This document shows positions 1 through 13,366 of a stretch of DNA of 64,000 bases, piece after piece. Source of the DNA: Octopus bimaculoides (taxonomy: Eukaryota); the NCBI RefSeq assembly GCF_001194135.2, contig NC_068996.1:21686390-21750389 (forward strand). The letters are read 5' to 3'. Each line of letters opens with the position of its first letter. Within the stretch, counting starts at the first letter, position 1. A program made the translations under genes and the position numbers. The notes beneath the pieces were generated by a model. It made no database searches, was not told the DNA's origin, and worked only from the letters and a program-made list of their open reading frames with translations.

Positions 1-559
1 CATCTTTCTGCAACCATTAATTCCCATAATACTAGGAGAGATAAACTTCTTTAAATAATTTACCCTTCATGGAATTGTTAACCATCAAAATTTCTAAAAA
101 CAAAATTTTAAAATCATCATCATCATCATCATCATAACTTAACGTCTGTTGTTCATGCTGGCATGAGTTGGACAGTTTGACCAGAGCTGGAAGGCTGCAC
201 CAGACTCCAGTTTGATTTGGCATGGTTTCTATAGCTGGATGCCCTTTCTAACACCAACCACTCTGAAAGTGTAATGGGTGCTTTTATGTGTCACCAGCAT
301 GGGTGCCATTTGCATGACTACTATTTTACTTGGCTTGATGGGTCTTCTCAAGCACAGCATAATGTCAAAGGTCTTGGTCATTGCCTCTGTGAAGCCCAAC
401 ACTGGAAAGTTGATTTTTGTGTGCCACTAGCATCAGCCGCTTAGTCATTGCCTCTATGGGGCTAAAGAGTTCAAAGATCATGCTTCATAACCTTATCCCA
501 TGTCTTCCTTAGTCTACCTCTAACACAGGTTCCCTCCATAGTTAGAGATCAACACTTCT

Positions 560-1720
560 TTACACAGCTGTTTTCATCCCTCTTGCTTACCACATGATAC
601 CTCTTATACCCAACTTTTCTCTCAAGATACTTACACTCTGTTGTATATGCACACTGACATTGCACATCTAGCGAAACATATTGGCTTCATTTCTTTCAAG
701 CCTACACATATCCTTCACTGTCACAGCCCAGGTTTCACTGCCATGTAGCATAGCTGTTTGCATGCAGGCAACATACAATCTACCTTTCACTTCGAGCGAG
801 AAACCCTTTGTTGCCAGCAGAGGTAGGTACTCTCTGAATTTTGTTCAGCCTATTCTTATTCTCACAGCTATGCTCTCAGAGCATCCACTTCCACTATTGA
901 CTTAGTCACCTAGATAGCAGAGGCTATCTACTACCTCTAGTTTACCCCACTGGCAGTTGATGGAATCTATTTTCTGTACGTTTTTGGTGTTTATTGTACC
1001 TGAGCACCTTCTACACACAAAAACTGTTTTCCCTGTTAACCTTCCACTGATATTGCTGCACCTCTACACAACATACATCTTATGAAATTTCTACCTATGC
1101 CGTTTCTACAGATTGAGCAGGGCCATCTACCTGAAAGGATTTGTGATTTGTCTATCTTCTTGCTTACTAAGACTTTGGTTTTTGCTAGGTTAACTCTAAA
1201 GCCCTTCAATTCTAGACTTTGCTTCCATGTCGGATACTTCTTTGGTAGTTCTGGAAGTGATTCAGCTATACAAACAAGATCATCAGCATAGAGAAGCTCC
1301 CAGGGGCAGCTTGTCTTAAGTTCCTCTGTTATTGCCTGGAGGACTATGACGAACAAGAAGCAGCTGAGGACAGATCCCTATTAGTATCCTGAATTCTTCT
1401 CTGTACTCATTGCCCACCCTCACCTTACTGACAGTGTCCCTGTACATGGTTTGTATAGCTCTCACCAACCACTCGTCTATCCCTAATTTCCATATTGACT
1501 ACCAGATAAGGGATCAGGGACCCTGTCAAAGGCTGTCTCCAAGTCAACAAAAGCCAAGTATAGAGGTTTATCTTTGGCTATATATTTCTCCTGCAGCTGT
1601 CTTACCAGAAACTCCTCCCAGGCACAAAACCAAACTGCATCTCATCTAGACTCTCTCCCCAATTAGTTGGGCTATTATCCTCTCTGTAACTTTCATCACC
1701 TGTTCCTTCAATTTGATACC
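560..1720 (-). mobile_element. RTE-clade LINE ORF2 fragment (degraded)
   Basis: ELLYADDLV RT motif, GFRVNLAKTKVLV and WPCSICR.G.GRN.IRC in ORF 1036..1356. Related copies at ~28900-29560, 29860-30870, 49560-50000 and 53250-53800. Confidence 0.85.
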
Positions 1721-2039
1721 TCTGTAATTATTTCTATCTAAGGCAAAACCCTTTACCTTTTACTTGTTGTAGTCATTAGACTGCAGCCATGCTGGGGCAC
1801 TGCCATAAAGGGTTTTAGACAAACAAATCACCCCCTGTACTTATATTTTCAAGCCTGGCACTTATTCTATTGGTTACTATTGCCAAGCTGCTAAGTTACA
1901 AGGATGTAAACAAACTCTAGTTTTCAAACAGTGGTGGTGGAAACTACACACACACACATACCAGGTATCACAGAAAGCTTTACCTACCATATTATTGTAA
2001 TTACTCATATATACAAAAGAGGGCAATCAAACTTCCTAT

Positions 2040-3082
2040 ATGAATCAAATTTGAAAATGACCACCTCTTGCTTTGACCATGGCTTGCAAACAAGTGTTTA
2101 CTGAACTGCACCACTTCTTTGTCAAATTTACTCCACACAGAACTGCCATAACATTCAAGGTAAACAGTACTGCACCACTTCTTTGTCAAATTTACTCCAC
2201 ACAGATCTGCCATAACATTTGAGGTATGGGCTGGGCCACTGTCCTGAGTGAAGACAGACCTGTTTCCAAATGTTCATTTAATCATGGCAACGTTTTCTTC
2301 CAACATTTTGACATAAACGGTGCTGTTCACATAAACACCCTCATAAATGAAGATGAAAGGAGACTTGGATCCATCAGATGCTATAGCAGCCCACTATAAC
2401 CCCAGCTGGTTTCTGATGATGAAAATAGGTTCAGCTCCCTTTAGGTAAGTCCTGAGCATCGGCAACATACAGCTTGTCATTCTGTTTGTTAGTAACAATC
2501 TCCACAGTGAAAGATCTTCTCGTCACTCCAAATGAAGACTTTGTGATGCTGTTCATCTCCACAATCATCTTTCTTCCTCTGTCAAGCCATTTTTACTTCA
2601 AAGCAGCTGAAATTACTTGTCTGGGTTGCTTTTTGTCTTTAGTCTGAGATCCTCTTTAGCAATCCTGTACATTGAAGATTTTGAAATATTAAGCTCTCTT
2701 GCCATTTTTTGCATGCTTCAATGAAGATTCCTGCGAACTCTCTTTCTCACAGTATCAATCACAGATTTGGTATGAACAGTTCTTTTACACCCTGGAATTG
2801 GGTTGCTTGATGTCAGGTCAGATTGATTATAACATTCCCAGACATTATACACTGTCTTATAACACACATTGAGCTGTTTTGCAATATTGTCAGATTTTCC
2901 TGCTGATTTTTAATGCAAGGATTTGATCACATTTAACTTGAGATGCCATATTTGTTGACAAAATTATTATAGACAAACAAAACTATAAACACTTAAAGCT
3001 GAAACATACAGAAATTGCTGTGTGCAATCAAAAATATAATTGCTTATCCAATAATTTTCAAGAATTTCTTTAATCTTCAGTA
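2040..3082 (-). mobile_element. Tc1/mariner transposase relic
   Basis: Degraded transposase-like sequence similar to 41968-42620; terminus TTCTAGGACACCCAATA; internal 64-bp tandem duplication at 2105/2169. Confidence 0.55.
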
Positions 3083-3318
3083 AATGTTTCTAGGACACCC
3101 AATATATATATATATATATATATATACATACATGCACACACACACACAATGAGCTTCCACAGTTTCCATCAACCAAATTCACCCAAAAGACATTGGTCAG
3201 CCCAGGGTTATTGATGCCACACTGGTATTAAATCTGAAATCACATGGTTGCAAAGTGAGCTTTTTCAAAATGATTCTTTGATTGTGTGTGATTACCTCCA
3301 CAAGTTAATAAGAAATAT

Positions 3319-3660
3319 TTAATGAAATTGAAAAAGAACAACAAAAAATTCAGTTATATTATATTGTGACAAATGGAATATCTGAAGAAAAACATGAGTT
3401 TGGTGGTGTTCCACTAACATGCAAAGTATACTGAGAAGACTTTCTTGAGACAACCAATGTCTCAGTCTTCTAATTCTCATCTCTGCCTTGTAGTACTTGG
3501 CAGTGAACCCATTCAGTTCATGCTGGAGATCCCCTTCAGAACACCTACCAATTGTGATTTCATTTTCATAATGGCTGTATATACCAATGCAGTTCATAAA
3601 AGTTATGAAAAAAAAGAGAAGTGGCAATACACATCCTTGCTGAAGTCCAAATTGCACTTT
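3319..3660 (-). mobile_element. LINE (RTE-like) RT fragment
   Basis: GLQQGCVLPLLFF...ITFM and DLQHELNGF resemble RT motifs. Confidence 0.55.
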
Positions 3661-5689
3661 GAAAGCTCTTGATTTAACATTTACCTAAAGACAAACATTT
3701 GACCAGTTGTATAGGGACTTGACAGCATCCAGAAGTTGCCCATTTATCTCAAGCTCTTGCAAAACCCTCTGCAATATGCAGTTGTATGCCTTTTCAAGGT
3801 TTACAAAGCAAGTGTACATTTCATGGCAATATTCACACAATTTCTAGAAGACCAGCTGTAAAGATGGTTGAATAATATACATAGTTTCAAATTAGTCACA
3901 CTTGGGGATCCGGCAGTAAAATGTAATTACCTTGCTTCTGATGAGACCTTACAGAGGCAGTCCCTGAGGATTCTACCCCAACAATCCTCCAGAAATAGCA
4001 AGCAGAAAAACGGATATGCGATTGGTTAATATTAGCTAGTGCATTGAAACTTAAATTACTGTGCTTTTCCAGATTTAGTTCGTTAATAATTTAGCACCCT
4101 GAATGCCCAAATTATTTAAGGTATATATCAACCCTTTACTCCTGGGACAGGGGAAGTCAATATTAATCACTTTGTCGATCCCCTTTGATATTCTAATCAA
4201 GCCTTTCTGCTATCATGTTTTCAGTCTATCTACAGCCAAGTTTCATTTATCATATTTGCCAGCATATAAGACATTCTTGCATAAGATGCACCATACTTTT
4301 CAGGTATATTTTGTGTAAGGAAAAACAAATTTAGTACGTTTGATCAAATACTAACTGAAAGACATTTTAAATTAGTTCTTTAGAACTAATGTATGATCCT
4401 GTGCATGGAAACACAATGCTGTGATTGGACACAGGGATAAAATATGAAAGCATAAATTTATTGTGCATAAAGTATGCTATGTTAGTACCTGTATTTTAGT
4501 TTCATCTTCTTTCAGATATAGTTAACGTAGTTGGTTATATTGGTCAAGACAGTTGTCATACAGGATATGTAAAGTATGTATTTCTAGCTGTATTGTTTTA
4601 TGCAACTGTAATTAGCAACCAGCACAGCACAACACAACTATTATTTTGTTGCCACCTGCTGAAACAGCTGAGAGATAACTGCATGTTAACCATTAGCACA
4701 CTGTAGGTGCATCATGTCACCATATGAATTTTCTCCCCTGTAGTACAGGGCAGTGATAGAGGAAACAATTCTAAAGAAAATGCAGTGCTAAAGGTTTAAA
4801 GTTCCTTTCCTCTTTCAAGAATTTTTCATTTAGATAAAAAAAATGTTTACTAAAGGCAACACAATTACTAAATAATGTAAGACACATATCAGGTATGATT
4901 ACGTATGCAGAGGAAGGAGGTACAATGAAATGATGCAACATTCCTATATAAGGTACCATAACCAATTTTTTTTGTTTGTGCTAACAATCTGAAATAATTT
5001 AACCTGCTTCCAATGTTTTATTATTAGTAACAATTATTGTACCTAATGGACTTATGCTCATCCTGCACCCTTGGTCTCCTGTCAACAATACAACCACAAT
5101 AGACGGGTAAAATTTGGATACACTTAAAAAATAAAATGCATCATATCCACTAGCAAATATGGTACTTTTGAGTGGATAAATTAGAATTTGATCACTAATT
5201 TTCATGTACATCACATCTAATTTCCTTTAATGTCCAGTATAGCTGCATTGTAGCTATCAAACAAGTTATAGCCCAGGTGTTCATAGTAAGTCTTTTGTAC
5301 TGTACTCACTCCTTTATCTCTCAAGATATTGCATCACCTCATTCCAGTACCCCTTAGTACTTATATCTTGCTTCTTCTGAGTCAACCTTTTTTTCCATTG
5401 TGTAATACTATACCACTGCAAATCTCCATTCTCCAGTTTTTCCCTGTGCTTTGACTACCAATATATATATATATACATATATATATAAATGATATCCAGT
5501 CAACACTGCTCAATCATGATACCGGTTTGTACATAAAAGTCCCACAGAAGTTTAAAGCTGTTGTTGTCCTGTATTCTATCTGTTTACTCGTTTCAGTCAT
5601 TAGGCTACTGCTACACTGGGGTGCTGCCTTGAAGGGTTTTAGTCAAATAAATTGACTCCAGTACTTAATTTTTTAAAATCTGGTAGATT

Positions 5690-5965
5690 CCTGGACCAGG
5701 CTGTGTTGTGTTCTTGAGCAAGACACTTCATTTCACGTTGCTCCAGTTCACTCAGCTGTAGAAATGAGATGTGACGTTACTGGTGCTAAGCTGCATCGGC
5801 CTTTGCCTTCCCCTTGGTTAAGACTGGTGGCATGGGAAGGGGAAGCTGGTATGCATGAGCAACTGCTGGTCTTTCATAAACAACCTTGCCTAGACTTGTG
5901 CCTCGGAGGGTAACTTTCTAGGTGCAATTCCATGGTAATTCCTGACCAGAGGGGATCTTTACCCT
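5690..5965 (+). mobile_element. tRNA-derived SINE, family 2, nested in a minus-strand family-1 SINE (5575-6200)
   Basis: GTGTTCTTGAGCAAGACACTT...CTTTACCCTTT, shared with 39050-39360 (+) and 48265-48530 (-). Confidence 0.8.
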
Positions 5966-6769
5966 TTATACTTATTCAATCAGTTTCTTCAGCCAAATCA
6001 CTTTGGTACTGGGACAGAAACAAACATACTAATTAAGCTGTGGGAGTAGCACATAAAATACAAATATATGACAGGCCTCCATACAGTCTCTATCTACAAA
6101 ATTCACTCACAAGGCACTAGTCAACTTGGAATAGAGGACACTTGTCCAAGGTGCTGTGCAGTGGGACTGAGCCCAAAACCTTGTAGTTGCAAAATGAGAG
6201 ATGCCAGTGAATATATTGATCCCCTTTGCTGTGACAAGCTTTGTATTCACATTGCCCAGGCATCCCCCATGCAATGAGAGTATCACTATCTATATCTCAG
6301 CAATCTGTTCTCATCTCTTTTTGTCATCCTTCATTCCTCTCAAGTCTTTCACTACCTTAGATTGACCCAACAGGTGCAGATGGCATTAAAAAAAAAAAAA
6401 AAGCAACCAGTACATGTTGTATGGTTGGCATTAGGAAAGACATTCAGCTGCAGAAACCATCAGTGCACAATGCTGTCTTTCGGTCTGTCATATCTTGTCA
6501 AACTATCCAACCTCTGCCAGCATAGAACATGGACGTTAAATGAAAATGATGATTTTAAAGAGTCTCTGATATAATGACAGTCTTATGGAACTGATCACAA
6601 AAGTCTGAACCAGAGATGTAATAAGAAGACTTTGTTTCCTTCTTTAATTCTGTCCTCCCTAATACATGTCTTTGACTCACCAGTTTTCACATTGTTTCCT
6701 TTTCAAACTTGTAGGTCCATTGACTTCTTTTTTTATATGAATTTTTAGCTTCAGTGCCCGTGACATGTG

Positions 6770-7075
6770 TAAGGATTTTCGAGCGAGATCGTTGCCAGTG
6801 CCCCTCGACTGGCTCTTGTGCAGGTGGCACATAAAATACACCATTTTGAGCATGGCCGTTGCCAGTACCGCCTGACTGGCTTTCATGCGGGTGACACGTA
6901 AAAGCACCTACTACACTCACGGAGTGGTTGGCGTTAGGAAGAGCATCCAGCTGTAGAAACTTTGCCAAATCAGATTGAAGCCTGGTGTAGCCATCTGGTT
7001 TCACCAGTCCTCAGTCAAATCGTCCAACCCATGCTAGCATGGAAAGCGGACGTTAAACGATGATGATGATGAATC
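6770..7075 (+). mobile_element. Young SINE/LINE-tail element ending GGACGTTAAACGATGATGATG
   Basis: Near-identical to 30895-31255 (-), 40940-41210 (+) and 25360-25515 (-). Many older copies, e.g. 115-300, 8790-8985, 18250-18430, 28680-28880, 40460-40770. Confidence 0.85.
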
Positions 7076-7741
7076 TCTTCCTTCTTCAAACCCCACCCAC
7101 CACAACAGAATTGAGATCCTAAAACCAAAGTGTCATGTAAAAGGCACTGGTGTGGATGCTGGTGCAATGTAAAAAAGCACTGGTGATGGTGCCATAGAAA
7201 ACTCACCCAGTACACTCTGTAAAGTTGTTGGCATTAGGAAGAGCATCCAGCTGTAGAACCCAAGCCATCCAACCCATACAAAACAGGCATTAAATGATGA
7301 TGACAATTATATTTTATATCAGTTATCAGGGATGATATGTCTTGAGGTTTGGTGAATAACAAGGTTCCTTAAATCTAAAGAACCTTTCTTAGGATTCCTG
7401 CAAAATACTTTACTGCATGTTGGCAATGCAGATCTCAATTCCAATTAAAAAAAATCTCATAAAATCCAGTAATTCTTATTCTTTATCACAATTTCTGCTT
7501 CATGTTCACACCACTTTTCTTTTACTTTGAAGCCACACTCTCGACTAACATTCCAATGACCTCTTTTACATACACAATCATGCCTGTGCATATATACTTT
7601 TTGTGTTAGCATTTACTCAAGAGATGGTTAATACTTTCATCACATTTCCTACAGATTAAGCATTTGTTCTGAGTTTTATTAATATTTGTCTTTATCAAAT
7701 TCATCCCAACAGCATCTTTCTGAGTGACTATAATTAGTGTT

Positions 7742-7778
7742 CTCACAATAGCTCAGTTGGTAGAGCGGAAGACTGGAG
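7742..7778 (+). pseudogene. Isolated 5' half of a tRNA-Tyr-like gene
   Basis: CTCACAA-TAGCTCAGTTGGTAGAGC-GGAAGA-CTGGAG follows eukaryotic tRNA-Tyr nt 1-37 (TAGCTCAGTTGGTAGAGCGGAGGACTGTAG). No T-arm or 3' half follows. Confidence 0.6.
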
Positions 7779-7892
7779 TAAGTTATTATTATTATCTTTA
7801 TTTTTGTGTCAACAATGAAAACATAAAAGGAAAAATAAAAACAAACAATATAAGTGTGTGTATGTGTGTCTGTATGTTATATAACAATATGC

Positions 7893-7923
<31 letters not shown>

Positions 7924-8452
7924 ATTTTATTCAAATTGTGTTTAACATATTTCAGAAAAAAATATTTTTTCAATTTTTTTAAAATTTTTATATATTGATT
8001 TTCAAAGTTTCAAGTTTGTGTTTTATTTATTTTAGTAAATTTCGGTTTAGTGTGTATTTTTCATTTTTTCTCTCTTTTTTTTCCTTTGACAACAAAGTGT
8101 GTGCATATATATGTATATATGTAGGCACATATATGTATGCACATGTGAGTGTGTATGTGTGTGTATATATATATGTACACACACACACACATACATACAG
8201 ACACACACACACAGATAAAAATATAAATGCATACATAGACACACACATATATATATATATACATACATATATATGTACATATATATATAAATACATATAC
8301 ACATTTATATATATCCATATAATTATACTTATACATATATATAAGGTAACTTTCTCTTCTATTTCACATCTTTATATTTCTTCGGGAGGCAAAGAAAAAC
8401 ACAAACAAGCAAATATATATGTACACATGCACGCACACACACATCCACACCC

Positions 8453-8490
<38 letters not shown>

Positions 8491-9047
8491 GTAGGTAGGT
8501 ATATGCATAAAGTAACAGTTTTTTTTTTTTTCAGTCTATTTTGTAAATATTTCTTTTTCCCAACATAATCTCCTTTCTACAGCTGGTTAATTTCTTACAT
8601 ATTTCTTTCAGACCAACAAGAAACAAATGATTAGATATAAAATAATAACATTTCTTTTTATATCCTTTAAATATAAGTTGTGTTTTATGATTGCAATTAA
8701 GTTTTATATTTTCATTTTCATGGCAAAAAACATATATGTATATGTGTATGTGTGTATATTCATATGTCTATGTATATATATATGTGTATACAGATCCTGC
8801 AAGCACTTGGAAACCACACTGGTGCTGGTAGTTTGAACAAAAGCACCTAGTACACTTTGTTTGTAAGTGGCTGGCATTGAGATAGGCTTCCAGCTGTAAA
8901 ATCCATGCCAAAGCAGACATTGAACCTCAGCACATCCCTCTGACTCACCAACTCCCATCAAACAATTCAAAGATGATGATGATACATATATATGTATGTG
9001 TGTGTGTATGTATGTATATATGTGTGTGTGTGTGTGTATATATATAT

Positions 9048-9079
<32 letters not shown>

Positions 9080-9172
9080 GCACATATATATATACACATA
9101 TATATATACACATACATACATATACATACATATATATATACATATATATATATACATATACATATATATATA

Positions 9173-9992
9173 TGAGGTGGTATCAAAGTTGCTCGACTAG
9201 TTCTGTAGCACACCAATAGATGACAGGACACAGATGCGTGCGTAGTGAGTGCTAGCAGTAACTTTCATAAGGCAGTGTGCTGAGTTTTTGTCATTGACAG
9301 GAAATTAGAACAAAAGAGCCAACATGAAATTTTGGCATTAAACTTGGCAAGTCTGCTACAGAGACATTGAGCTTGATTTGGCAAGTTTACGGTGACAAGT
9401 TAATGGTATCAAGTGACACAGGCACATGACAGAGCTGCAGCTCCATCAAGAGCATGCTTATAATTTTTTTTTTTTTTGACGTCCATGGTACTACTGTGCA
9501 TTAAGAAATTGTCCCTCAGGGCCAGACCATCGGTTGAGAGTTCTACTGTAATGTTTTGAAGCATTTGAGGGAGGACATTTGGTGAAAGTGAGTGGATCTG
9601 TGGAGCGTGAAGAATTAGATTCTTCACTACAACAATGCACCCTGTTACCAAACTCTCCTCCCTTCTCGCCAAAAACAATATGATATCGCCTCAACACCCG
9701 CCTTATTCACCAGATATAGCACTTGTGGACTTCCATCTCTTCCTCAAGACGAAAATGCAGCTCAAAGGTCACCGTTTCAACATAGTTATAGATATTCAGA
9801 GAAAATCGCAGAAGGTCTTTCACTTGCTTATGGAAACTATTTCCAAGCCGAATTCCAAAAGTGGCAGGAACAGTGGGACTGGTGTGTTGCTGTGCAAGGT
9901 GACTATTTCAAAGGAGATGATGTTAAAACTTAGGTAAATAAGTTATTTTTTATTAAACATAATGTGTGCAGGAACTTTTTGATACCACCTCA
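9173..9992 (+). mobile_element. Internally deleted mariner element (820 bp)
   Basis: TIRs TGAGGTGGTATCAAA / TTTGATACCACCTCA flanked by TA. Transposase motif HPPYSPDIALVDFHLF in ORF 9635..9937. Confidence 0.92.
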
Positions 9993-10304
9993 TATAATCA
10001 TCATCATTTAATGCCTGTCTTCTAAGGTAGTATGGGTTGGACGGTGTGACAAGAGCTGGTATGCCAGAGAACTATTTTCTGTCACGGCATGGTTTCTATA
10101 GCTGGATTCTCTTTCTAATGCCAACCACTCCAATAGTGTACTCGGTGCCTTTTATGTGGCACCAGCACAAGTGCAGTCACCAAGTAACTTGCAAGACAAG
10201 TAAATATATGTGTACACACAGTGTGTGTGTGTATGCATATATATATATATATATATTTATATGTGGTGTGTGTGTGTATTAAAGTGTATATGTGCATATT
10301 TATA

Positions 10305-10376
<72 letters not shown>

Positions 10377-10938
10377 TTACCATTTTTTTTTGTTCCAAGA
10401 TAATCTCGTTTTTACAACTGTTTCATTAAAATTGAAAAAGGAAAAAAAAAACAAACAAAAAAAACAAAACAAAACAAAACAAGAGACTTCTTGGAAAAGA
10501 AAAAAGATTATAAAGTTTTTTGAAAATTTCTAAATAATTTTTTTGAAAAAGTCTTTTTGCTAATTTGCAAATATCTTAATTAATTTCAGTTGGACAACAA
10601 CAACAACAACAAACAAGAAATAATTATATATAATATAACATTCTTTGTGGTATTTAAATGTAATATGTATTGTATGATTACAACTATCTTCTTTTTGTTT
10701 TGAGAGCAACAGAACAGAAAGAAGCCAAAGTTCACCTCTTTCTGCTTCTGCTGTGTTTCTGTCAACCATAGCCACTCACAAAACTTTGGTCAGCCCAGGA
10801 CTATGGTAGAAGACATTTGTCCAAGGTGCCAGGCAGTGGAACTGAACCTGAAACAATGTGGTTTGGAGTTGGGAAGCAAATTTTTTAAACACACAGGCTA
10901 TTTTGCATCTGTATCTGTGTCTGTGTGTATGAAAATGA

Positions 10939-10969
<31 letters not shown>

Positions 10970-11196
10970 AGGTGTAGCGTGGAAGGTGTTTATAAGCCAG
11001 CATGGAATTTTGTCAGTGAACAGGTCACGGTCTCAAAGCGACGAAAACATTTTGGTATATTATAGTTAAATGTTGAAGTGAATCTAACGGTTTTTGTGTG
11101 TTTTTAAATGGCTTATAAACACCTTCCACTCTGCAATTGCTTTTGTTTCAGCACATGATTTCAGATCAGGTCACTTGCTATGCAAGTACATCTCTG

Positions 11197-11233
<37 letters not shown>

Positions 11234-12179
11234 NNNNNNNNNNNNNNNNNNNNNNNNNNNNNNNNNNNNNNNNNNNNNNNNNNNNNNNNNNNNNNNNNNN
11301 NNNNNNNNNNNNNNNNNNNNNNNNNNNNNNNNNNNNNNNNNNNNNNNNNNNNNNNNNNNNNNNNNNNNNNNNNNNNNNNNNNNNNNNNNNNNNNNNNNNN
11401 NNNNNNNNNNNNNNNNNNNNNNNNNNNNNNNNNNNNNNNNNNNNNNNNNNNNNNNNNNNNNNNNNNNNNNNNNNNNNNNNNNNNNNNNNNNNNNNNNNNN
11501 NNNNNNNNNNNNNNNNNNNNNNNNNNNNNNNNNNNNNNNNNNNNNNNNNNNNNNNNNNNNNNNNNNNNNNNNNNNNNNNNNNNNNNNNNNNNNNNNNNNN
11601 NNNNNNNNNNNNNNNNNNNNNNNNNNNNNNNNNNNNNNNNNNNNNNNNNNNNNNNNNNNNNNNNNNNNNNNNNNNNNNNNNNNNNNNNNNNNNTCGTATA
11701 GCCAGCTGGAGACGATCTCTCCTGGGGCTAAATTATAGCAACATTAGTCCTAAAACCAGGAATGCCATGTTATGTTGGCAAACATTCTTTACTACAAGAA
11801 AACACTTGTCCTCAACAAAATCTCACCTTACTCATGCAAGCATGGAGAGATGGACAGGATGATGATGATGATGATGACTGTAATAATAATGCTGATGACA
11901 ATGATGATGTGGCAACAGGAAGGGCAACCAACCTCAGAACATCTACCCAAATGAATTCCACCTGACAAACTGTAAGCATGGAAAGAAGTGGACGTTAGAA
12001 TGAAGATGACGAGAAGGATGTATGCGATTGTGAGTGTGTGTGTGCATGTGCAAGTGTGCGTGTATGTGGATAGTTTGCATGTCACTACTTGAACAAAATG
12101 GTGTGGTGCTGCTAACTATGTTCTGACTGATGGCTCTGCACTTTCAAATTCCTCTATGAATGAAAAAGAATTCCTCTTA

Positions 12180-12830
12180 CTTGACAGACAGATGAGGATT
12201 GGAGACAGGAAGGGGATCCGGCTGTAGATATTCTGCCTCATTGAAATCTGTCTGGCCCATGCAATCATGGAATAGTGGACGTTAAAACGGTTATGATGGT
12301 GCTTGGAAAAGGGTGACAAACCTATGAAAAATCTGCCTCAAAAAATTCTGTCTGATCCAGGCAAGTAAGGAAAAATGGACGTTAAAAATGATGATGATGA
12401 TGATGGCGCTTGGAAATTGGCGATGGTTGGTGACAGAAAGGGCAGTTGGCCATAAAAAATTTGTCTCAACAAATTCCATTTGACCCAGGCAGATATGGAA
12501 AACGTGGATGATAAAACAATGATGATAGTGATGCTTGGAAACAGGTGAAGGCTGGCAACAGGAGGAGGGCAACCAGCTTTATAAACTTTGCCTCGAAGAC
12601 TTCCGTCTGACCCATGCGAGTATGGATAAATGGACGTTAAAACTATTATGATTTTGCTTGGAAATAGGTGAGGCTTGGCAACAGGAATAACATCTGGCCT
12701 TAGATAAATCAACCGCAATGAATTCTGTCACAAGGTCATTTAGCTGTTCAAATATGGAAAAATTACATGCCCTCAATGAAGTTTTGCTTGACCCATGCAC
12801 ACAGACCTGATGATGATACTAATGAGAACA
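12180..12830 (+). repeat. Head-to-tail array of 5-6 SINE/LINE 3'-tail modules (100-130 bp)
   Basis: Recurrent CTTGGAAA...GGCAACAGGA...GACCCATGC...GGACGTTAAAA-(ATG)n; CTTGGAAA at ~12301, 12408, 12534, 12657. Confidence 0.8.
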
Positions 12831-12849
12831 ATATTGATAATGATGATAA

Positions 12850-12895
<46 letters not shown>

Positions 12896-12959
12896 GTGCA
12901 TATGTGTGTGTATACATACAGACACACATTATTTTTTTATATATATATATATATATATA

Positions 12960-12969
12960 NNNNNNNNNN
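12960..12969. other. 10-N assembly gap hiding the end of the BAHD1 CDS (other gaps: 11234-11693, 22385-22935, 40839-40938, 44600-~45144, 59344-60000, 60444-~60968)
   Basis: Ns in sequence. Confidence 0.98.
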
Positions 12970-13106
12970 GACAAAGGAAAACAGTCTCAGGGTTGGCATC
13001 GAGAGGAGGAAGTCGGCTGTGTCTGGGATAAGCTTCTGTAAGTCGTGGGACAACTTTCCGTCTTGCTGGAAAATTTGCTTCAGTTCTCCGTACTTCTGCT
13101 TTATAC
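12970..13106 (-). CDS. BAHD1: BAHD1-like gene, exon 6 (partial, runs into N-gap)
   Basis: Acceptor ttttattaacag|G (phase 2) gives YKAEVRRTEANFPARRKVVPRLTEAYPRHSRLPPLDANPETVFLC, matching the BAH C-terminal P-x-V-F-x-C pattern. This frame is not in the ORF track. It is cut by Ns at 12960-12969. Confidence 0.88.
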
Positions 13107-13154
13107 CTGTTAATAAAATGAAGAAAGAAGGGTGGAACAAGGCATAAGTGAGTA

Positions 13155-13188
<34 letters not shown>

Positions 13189-13366
13189 CAGAGAGAGGGA
13201 GGAAGGAAGGGATTTATTAATTGTATACATAGTTCATTATCTAATTAAGTTGCTATAATGTTTTAAATGTAAAAATATCTAGGTGAAATTTCTCTTCAGT
13301 ATTAATAACCTGACAAGAGAGAAAACAACACTGGTATTTTTCCATCAACACACACACACATATATA

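Noticed and set aside
3780-5220. Non-repetitive-looking stretch with short minus-strand ORFs (4771..4965, 4999..5214)
   Set aside because: No recognisable motif or consistent splice signals; cannot support a gene or element call without a search.
7995-9231. YIYI/THTH/CVCV-rich ORFs
   Set aside because: Translations of dinucleotide microsatellites.
7860-10740. A/T-rich blocks resembling a BAHD1 3' UTR or poly(A) region
   Set aside because: Plausible, but the stop codon is in a gap and no unique cleavage signal can be picked out.
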